From contig JAPEUD010000046.1 in assembly GCA_026026165.1 (NCBI GenBank), positions 62,001 through 126,000 on the forward strand: a stretch of 64,000 nt of DNA. Direction: 5' to 3'. Below the pieces are notes generated by a model. It ran no database searches. It saw only the letters and a program-made list of their open reading frames with translations, and was not told the DNA's origin. The position numbers were made by a program, and so were the translations under genes. The stretch's first letter is position 1. Each line of letters opens with the position of its first letter. Positions 37,597 to 46,112 of the stretch are shown here, one piece after another. The stretch is from Sarea resinae (taxonomy: Eukaryota).

Positions 37597-39067
37597 CAGG
37601 GATTCCCGCAACATCACCTACCGACCTACCTGACTGCAGCACATACTTGAGGCGGTGGCTCTCTACATAGTAGGTACCTTGGGCACTCAGCATGTAGGTA
37701 GGCCTTTGCAGGCATCTGCACGCATCTGCACCCATCAATCCGTTGGCCGACGAGAATCATGGGACGAATCAAACAGCTTCCGCCATCTAGGCAGCAACGC
37801 CCCAAGGACACAGCGCCCGTCACCAATTCGACTGGATCGACGACATGAGCGACGGCATGCGCAGCCAGAGCAGCCAGAGCAGCCAGAGCTTCGGCCCAAG
37901 CAACGGCCAACGGCCATCCCTCAGTCATGAACCCTGCCTCTCTTCCCGATCGAGCACGGTTTGATGCATCGCATTTACGCATTCTCTCGCCCAAGCAAGA
38001 GCGCGAGACACGACACGTCGGCAGCCTGCTCGACGCTCCATCCGGATGCACAGTATCGCTCCCGCCTCACTTCCATCATACCACATACCACGACAAAAGC
38101 AATTCTGGGCGACGATGGTCGGCAAGAGCATCATGGTCCTGATCATTGCCGAGGGAATCTGACATCTGATATCTGATATCGCATTTGGTCTTGCCATACC
38201 TTCATTGTCTCTATCGCGCCGATGCCATCTCGTCTTGTCCGAGAGATCATCGTCAGACGCGAGACGATGCCCGGCCTGCTCGTCTCGGCTTTCTCTCTTC
38301 CAACTCGGATTGCATGATCTCATCTGTGTAACGTATCTCCGTACTGGCAAGACGCAACGTCCCTTGCCCCGTCTAGCCCGCTGCGTCCTGGTGCGGACCA
38401 TCACCTCCATCCATCTTGCCAGGCTCGGATTGACTCGATGCCCTTCTGACCGCCACCGAGAAGTAAGAAGCAACGGCCATCTCCATGAGGTATGTTTACC
38501 GCCATCTCTTGTCCCGTCATCTGTCGTCTTGATAAGCTCGAATCTCGAATCTCGAGCTTCGCTTGGCTGCCGTGACCGCCCTCATCCCTGACCACCATGT
38601 CAATGCCGACAAAGTGTCGCGTATCTTAAGTACTCGGACCGCTGACTTCTTTCGATTGTCCGCTCGAGTCGACAGCTTGATCATACCGCTGACCTGGTTC
38701 AGGAATCGGCTATGGCACAGCAGAACTGGTATGGCCAAGAATGTGGCCAACCACCCAATGTAGGGCTGCCTAGAGAACTCACGTCCGTCTCTGGAGTTTG
38801 GGCGATCGGCTTATTATCCTACAGCAAAATGTTGATCAGCCTCTCTGGCTCTCATCGGAGCCTCCTCGAACTCCATGGGGTTCGCAGCCAGCCTCTCGGT
38901 CTCTTGACGTCCCCCGGCCGATTAACCCTCGCGTCCAATGTTCATGGCCGCAGACCGTGGCGGCTTCGTCGCCCGGAGTAAGACAGGAGAGCTCATTTCC
39001 TTCGTCTCAAGAAGATGATGGATCTCGATTAGGGGACACTGGTCAAGCTCGTCCTCAACCATTGCAG

Positions 39068-41829
39068 ATGTCAGGTTTTGGTGGTATAGATGAGGTAGAG
39101 ACCAATCCGATCTGGAGGTTCTACACTGATAATGATGGACCGTGGAACCAACAAAAGGTGCCTAATATGGTAAATGTCCCCCTTTTCCCCACCGGATACA
39201 GTGGTCTTCGACAAACGCGCGCGCCAAATCTCACCAGAGACCCATACCATGAAGGCGCGAATTCCGAGGTAGGCAGTAATGCAACTGGGCTTTGTCGTTC
39301 GGATTCCGGCTATGGAAGCCGAAGTCAAGGGGATCCTTCAATCTTCAGCGCTGAGCCAACAGCTCATCGCAGCCACTCGGACTTGGCTAGTCAAGTCCAT
39401 AATGTGCAGGTGTGCTCCAGGAGGGACGAGCGAGTGCCAAACACATCCCTTGAAACTAGCCAAGAGTGCTATCAATTTGATATTCTCCCTGTGGCAACTG
39501 CTCCTCAACAACTAGAAAATCTAGACTGTGCTGTTTGTCATCAACGACTCAGATGTCAATCCGAGCTTAAGTCTGTCTCCAACATTCAGCCGATACCTGC
39601 TTGACTAAATTCTGGTAAACAGGAAGCACATGCGTCGACATGAAAGGCCCTACAAATGTGATTATCCAGGATGCCAGAGAATCGAAGGATTCACCACCAT
39701 GAATGACCTGGATAGACACAAGAAGAGCTTGCATCGAGCGAGGATATCGCATGGTAGCGAGAAGAGCCATATTTGTGCTGCTCCAACCTGCAAGAAGAAA
39801 AGGAGGCTTTGGCCGCGCTTAGACAATTTCCGACAGCACATCAGAAGAATGCATCCCGAAATGGATGTCGACGTCTTGCTGCAACAGTAGGTTACCGAGA
39901 CTTGCGACTCTGCCTCAAAAGTCACTGACATTGGCAGATCTGTTGTCATGCCAGAGCTGCTCCCGCAGCCAGGTTCAGTTGAGGAGCTTCCCTTTGAGGA
40001 CGACGACGCTAACGACTCTAATGTGCCATCATTTACTCGTTCGGGTACCCACCCACGCTCGCCTTCTCGGCGCTTTGGTCAGGGCCGCTGGGATAAGACA
40101 TCACGAGAGGGACGCAAATCTCATACCAACGGTCCTAGTCGTCGAGGACCACCGCGAAAGGCTAGGGAACGTGATGAGGTCGACAAGAAGCAACGCGATG
40201 CGACAGGACAATACCCTGCCTACTCCGCTGCTCCAGAGACGCGAGATTTGGCAAATGACAGGAGTCCGACTGCCAGTGGAGAGATGCTCTTCGATGCACA
40301 AAACAATGACACGACTGGCCATCCCGATAGCACAAGACTCTCGGTGTCAAGAAGGCCGCTATCTGCCAACGACATCAGGGGCGTAAATAGCACGGAATGC
40401 CGCGAGAGAAGATACAGACGCCAAAATACCAGTACTGCTGCACAATCCCAGGATACACCGTTACTTGATGATTCATCGCTCGAAAGTCGTTCCCCTTGGG
40501 CTGACTCCCAGAGCAATGCCACTGTGTCTGCTCTTCACCCTCCAACATTAGCAAATGTAGAGCGATACTGGCAAAGGAGTCAGGATATTCCTAACAGGGT
40601 CGAGGGAAATGAACAATGGGTTTCAGTTGATGATAGACAGCTGCGGCAGCAAAGTTCGGGCCTTCAAAGCCTTTGGACTCTAGAGGCGGACACAAGAAAG
40701 GGGGTAAAGTGCAAACATTGCCCGAAAGTTCTGCCGCGCCAGAGTGACATGAAGTTTGTTCTCGGTCCAGACTACCTGACTGGGTCTTTCCACTGACTAA
40801 AGTTCAAAGTAAACATCAAAAACGCCATCTCCGGCCCTACGGCTGTACATATGTCCATGTAGGCTGCCATAAGGCCTTTGGTAGTAAGAATGACTGGAAA
40901 AGACATGAGAATGGGCGGCATTACCAGCAGGAGCTCTGGCGTTGTCATGAGAGCGTCATCGATGGAGCAGGTAAAACCCGATCGACGAGAGAATGCGCGA
41001 GGCCTTTTCATCGTCGTGAAGCTTTCCAGAACCATCTTCGGAGTCAGCACATGATTGATTCGGCAGCGAAGATCAAAGAAGAATGTCAACTTCGTCGCAT
41101 CGGCCGCAATTGCCAAGACCGATTCTGGTGTGGCTTCTGTGAAGACATCATACCTTTAAGAGGTCGAAGTCGGGAGGCATGGGATGAACGGGCTGATCAT
41201 ATATGTAATCATTTCAATGAAGGACTACGCATGGTCCGATGGGTGCCCGTTTACCGAGACAGCTCCAAGGACGAACTCGAGGATACGGATGGGGAGTCTG
41301 ACCTAGATGATGCGGATAGCCACATCGAGGACGACCAGATACAATCCTCGAGCGCCACCGTCGAAGCCAAACCTGCCCCGCCAATGTTCACGCCAACAGC
41401 ATCATCGTTCCCATTAGCGCAGCAATTGTCCGACTACCATATCGAGACGGGCTCGAGCGTTTCCCAGGTCAGCCCCATTGCGCAGCATGGGTTCCACCCA
41501 GCAGCGTCACCGTCCACGCATCACATCCACGGTCAGAAACGTCCGCCTGTTGATGACCGGTCCGCCGCAAACCTGGAACCGGCTGCAAAAAGACAGTCCA
41601 GGGAGAGGGACGTGGTGGTCACATGTGTAAGTCATCCACTTTAATGCCGTTGAAATACGAATACGCTCAATACTAACAAGCTCCGACGCGATAGTGCAAA
41701 TGCCACGCGGGACCACAATTGATTATCAACACCTCTCGATGCACTGGTGGCAGTCTTGGAGACTGGTGTGGTGGACATGAGTTCTGTCGAAATTGCGATT
41801 TCAGATATAGGCCTACGGAGAGCATGTAA
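39068..41829 (+). CDS. C2H2 zinc-finger protein with Cys-rich C-terminal exon (cluster gene 2). Exons 39068-39570, 39623-39886, 39938-40753, 40810-41626, 41695-41829; 5' end uncertain (frame open from 38774)
   Basis: Four introns join the ORFs in frame and complete the fingers: CAVC..SELKKHMRRH, YKCDYPGC..NDLDRHKKSLH, CAAPTC..WPRLDNFRQHIRRMH, CKHC..SDMNKHQKRH, YGCT..FGSKNDWKRHENGRH, RIGRNCQDRFWCGFC..WDERADHICNH. Confidence 0.88.
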
Positions 41830-41959
41830 ATGAGCATTCGACTCTTTGACCAATTTAGACTTGACATGTGATGTATACTGCCTTACTTGGGCAAATCAAT
41901 ACTATCATTTTCAGTTCCTTCCTACGAGATAGCTTCTGCAACAAATTGAATGTTGTACA

Positions 41960-42720
41960 AGGTAGACTAGTTATTGATTAGAGAGTGGTAAGATCTCTAC
42001 CAATTAGAAGTGCTTACTAAACCTCTTTAGTAAGGTATATAGTAGTAAAGTAATTCTGCATTGATAATAATACATTACCTTGCTCCTCTACTTTAAAAGC
42101 CTATACCTTACTACTTAAAGAACTTTATATAAGTAAGGTAAGATTAGAGTTACTAGCTTACTTTAGACTTTAGCGATAGCCTCTTATTAATTGAATATAT
42201 AGAAACAAGTGTCAGACTATATAAGACCTAGCGAAATTTAATAAACTCTATAATATCTACCTTGGTATTAAAACTATACATTACCTAGGTAAGTAGGGTA
42301 AGTAAGCTATATAATAAAAATTATAGGTTAAGTATTGTTAGGACTAGTAAATAGGCAAACCTGTTCCTAACTTTCTATATTCACTCGCTAAAAGACGACT
42401 ATAACCTAGCTTATCTAGGATATACCTACCTATTTACCTACCTACTATATAGTAAGTAGCACGCTCTATATAAAGTAGAGAAGGTGTCTAGCCTATAAAG
42501 CTTACAATTTAATAGAGATTAGCTGTCTTAACTTAGGTACAGTAGAGTAGTAGTAATATTAAGGATTTCAAAGGTTTTCTAGAGGCTGTAATAAGCTTAG
42601 TGTATTGTGCGTGATTACCTTTTACCTACTAAGGTTAATAGGAGAGGGTTTTTTTCTTTAGTTTTTTTTTTTTTTTTTTGTAGAGAGTTAGAGACTTTTA
42701 ATAGAGACAGACTCGTGTGC
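41960..42720. mobile_element. AT-rich, RIP-like degenerate repeat or transposon relic; family not identifiable
   Basis: Abrupt drop in GC, visibly abundant TpA (TAG/CTA/TAA), scarce CpA/TpG, and no ORF of 60 aa or more in the track. Boundaries are approximate and indices were not computed. Confidence 0.65.
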
Positions 42721-43145
42721 TATGTTAGCCTACCTTACCTACCTATTCTAGGTATGTAAAGTATTGTTTGAGCGGGCTCAGCACACAGTGTAGAAGGTAA
42801 GGTAAGGTAAGGCAAGGTAAGATACTAGGTAAGGTACTAGCTAAGGAAAACGTGTACGGAGTCGACAAGGGGTCGGCGTGCATTGGACGCGACGCGTCTC
42901 GTTGCGGCTCTTCAGAACTCGTCTCAATGTTGGCGCCGACTTCCAGTGCGTTGCGTTGCGTTGCGCTGCGTTGCGCTCACGTCTCGGTGCGTCACCAGGG
43001 AAGGGCGAGGGGAAGGGTGGATTGCGGCTCTTCGGCCTCTGGGGTTTTTTTTCTGAGCTCCAGCTCGTTGACAATCGAATGTGTACGGAGCACGGAGGTA
43101 TTGCTGGCATGGCGCGGCAGAGCAGGGGCATGGTATGGCAGGCTA

Positions 43146-43170
43146 TGGTATGGTATGGTATGGTATGGTA
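43146..43170. repeat. (TGGTA)5 microsatellite; nearby (AAGGT)n about 42794-42820 and (CTAA)n about 43325-43341
   Basis: Read directly from the sequence. Confidence 0.9.
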
Positions 43171-43808
43171 AGGCATTGGAGGGAATGATTTGGTTTGGTA
43201 TGATTTACAGCAATGATCTGCGCAGTTTGATCGGCGCGTATACTCTACTCGAGTAGTGATGTGCGTAAAGGTGACTGACTTGCCTAAGGTAAAGTAGAGT
43301 AAGGTAAGTAATGCTGACTAACTACTAACTAACTAACTAACCAAGTAACCTACCTTACCTTAGGTACCTAGGCACAGGTGGAGTATGGATATGTCGCCCC
43401 TGCTCACTCATCATAATAGCGGGACCGTTGCGCTGTTGCCTGGAGGGCCGGGTAGCAGAACATTGCATTGCTCTGATCATGGATTTCGTTCTTAGGTGGG
43501 GGATCGATCCGGTGGGGGGAGGGGACGGGGGGATAGGGCGGCTGGGAGAAGAGGGATGGATGGATGGATGGCGGTGAGGTGGGGGGGAGGGCTGATTGAT
43601 TGTTCTCTCCTATGTTGAAGGAGGTGCTCGGGGCAGTCGAGCACTACGTAGTCGAGGAGATCATTGACGCGGGAGTTGCTGGGCAGTGTTCTACGATGAT
43701 TCTCGGGTGTGCCATGCCACGATGCCATCATTCCCTCACAATCAAGGTAGGCAGGTAAGGTAGCTAAGGTAATAGCCGGCAAAGTGAGGCGGTGTCTCTG
43801 ACTATTTG

Positions 43809-43856
43809 TCTGTCTGACGACTGCCTGTGTACCTACACAGGCAGTCGTCAGACAGA
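43809..43856. repeat. Perfect 23-bp inverted repeat with 2-nt spacer
   Basis: TCTGTCTGACGACTGCCTGTGTA-CC-TACACAGGCAGTCGTCAGACAGA; the arms are exact reverse complements. Confidence 0.95.
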
Positions 43857-45118
43857 GGCGTATACTTCACGAACCTCCATCTCGTACTTTGTACAATTGT
43901 TTGCTCTCGGACTCGAATGCAATCATCAGATTCAGCTACGAGCAGTGGATGAGGACCCGAACCCGACGGGCGCTTGGCTTTAGCCTTTTGACCGCTTCTC
44001 ATTCCCGACCCTTTGACCCAATGGATCGATCCGATCGAGAGGTCGTCACTAACTGGGCACTAGAATCGGACCGCCCTGGAGCGCCCCCAGCCGGCCGGCC
44101 AGCCTTCCAGCGATCTAGGACGTATCGGCTAGGGATGACGCTCCAGGGAGGGCTATACTACGTAGTAGAGGGGCAAGTAAGAAGTCAGAGTAGGGCTACT
44201 ATAGGATAGTTACCATGCGTGGTACCTGTTCATCTGCCCTGGTCCCCCCGGTTGCAGTGCCTGAGGGTCGACCCATCACGTCCGGGGAGGAGAGGTGGAT
44301 GTTCGACCTCGTCTGTTGCCTGCGATGTTGCCTACAGGGCCGAATGGTCGGGGTCGAGGTGGGGGTGGGGGTGAGGTGTTTGGCGTTGGTGGAGGCTGGT
44401 GGAGTGGAGTGGAGTGGAGTGGAGTGGAGATGGTGAAGAGGTAGAGAGGTGAAGGCGGCATGAGATGGATCTACGGAGTATCTACAGAGTATCATAGTAT
44501 GAGATGGACAAAGGACAGATGCTCGAATGGAGAGCGGGGCGGCCTGTCGTGTGCAATGCGTCGCGCTGCGTTGCCTTTGTTTCGTGGTGCGGTGCGATGT
44601 GTTGTGATGCGATGCAGCATGCGATCTCATTTGCCCACCTCACCCGGCGACCTGACCCCGACGACCATCATCGTCATGATTGCCTGCTTGTTCCTCTCGG
44701 TCGCTGCATTTGGCTCTTGGGACGGATGGGCTTCGATCAGGGGTGCGGGCTGATGCTATTCGTAGCCATGGCCATGGCGCGGTCGGCGGTGTGTGGGGCG
44801 CCCGCAAGCCCCTTTCGGCTCTGCACGACTGCAACCGCCTTTCCTCTTCCCTTCAGACTGGGTGCTTCGTACGTTAGGAGGGAGGTAGCAGAGGAGGACA
44901 CTTGTTCCCACTGCGGTAGATGACTTGTGCAACCGAAGACATGCACGCGCACTGTGCCCAGCTGTGACCTGCAACCTGCACGCAAGAGAAGAAAAAGAAG
45001 GAGCCAGATCGAGGATCGAAGATCATCATCTGTTCTAGCGGCTTCGTCTGCCTGTTGCACCCGAAAGTGTCAAAGCCTCCACCTTTCTGGTCCGTCGAGC
45101 TGACGCACGCCGCTTTGC

Positions 45119-45120
<2 letters not shown>

Positions 45121-45150
<30 letters not shown>
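45121..45150. repeat. (GCT)10 microsatellite
   Basis: Read directly from the sequence. Confidence 0.95.
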
Positions 45151-45151
<1 letters not shown>

Positions 45152-46112
45152 GCTGGCAGTAATCCCCTTTCGGCATGCGCTGTTCCGGGGGGCAGGTCCC
45201 CTGATGCGCCCGCCCAGCACCAATTGTTCCGTCCCGTCCATGACAGGGACCAGAGGACCTGACACGGCTGCGCCTTCGGGCCTTGGCTCCAAGTATACGA
45301 TACATGGGGCATAGATGGGCCAAGCGTGCAATGAGGAGATGAGGATATGCACGCAGCTTGTGGCGTCTTACATCTTACATAGCACTTACTACTCTGGAAA
45401 GAGAGAGGAGCCCCTCCAGCGACAAGACGGACCGGGATCAGTGAGGCCCCCAATAACGACTCCGAGACGGGAATCCGGGCTTAGTTGGTCGGCTGCACAT
45501 GCTGGCTGCTTTGGCTCGAAGGGGGTTTGGTTTAGCGACCGTCCTGCGCGAGGGCACCACCTGCATATGTTGGCGCCTGGGGGACTGCGCGGGCCATGGT
45601 GCTTGCGGCTCTGCGATGTTTTTTTGGTCTTGACAGCTGCTGCTCTACCGAACATGGAGTTGAGATGAGATGGGAGGGAGGGGGGGGGGGGGGGGACGGC
45701 GGGGGAAAGCTGACTTGATGTGGAGGCGTATATTCCTGGTCGTGATGATATAATAGTCCTGTCTGCCCTGCGAAGAGCCCTATTGTTTTTCGAACAGGCA
45801 CGGACTTGGACACAGACTTGAACCCGGACTTGGTTTTGGACTCCGCCGCCTCAGACATATCGCTTGAACCCTGAGTCACCGCTTCCAGCATACTTGTCTT
45901 ATCTTTCTGTCATGTCTATAAAGGATCTCTTGGTTTGACGTTGTTTGTTCACACATCCTGAAACGAAACCATTGTGCCGCAATTCAAGCACCTTATTTGC
46001 ATATCAGATATATCCGGAGCCATCCCGGCATCTCGATTAGTCCGGAGGGAGCGCTGCATGCAACTCAATTGCTCGTGTCGGTCTTTTCCTCGGCCTCGAC
46101 TTCGACTTCAGC

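Noticed and set aside
42662..42679. T18 tract as the poly(A) tail of a retroelement
   Set aside because: Orientation does not fit the AT-rich relic on its left, and no target-site duplication or RT remnant is visible.
42841..46100. Short ORFs on both strands, including poly-Q/poly-A/poly-S frames
   Set aside because: Produced by (GCT)n, (TGGTA)n, (GGAGT)n and G runs; no coding signature.
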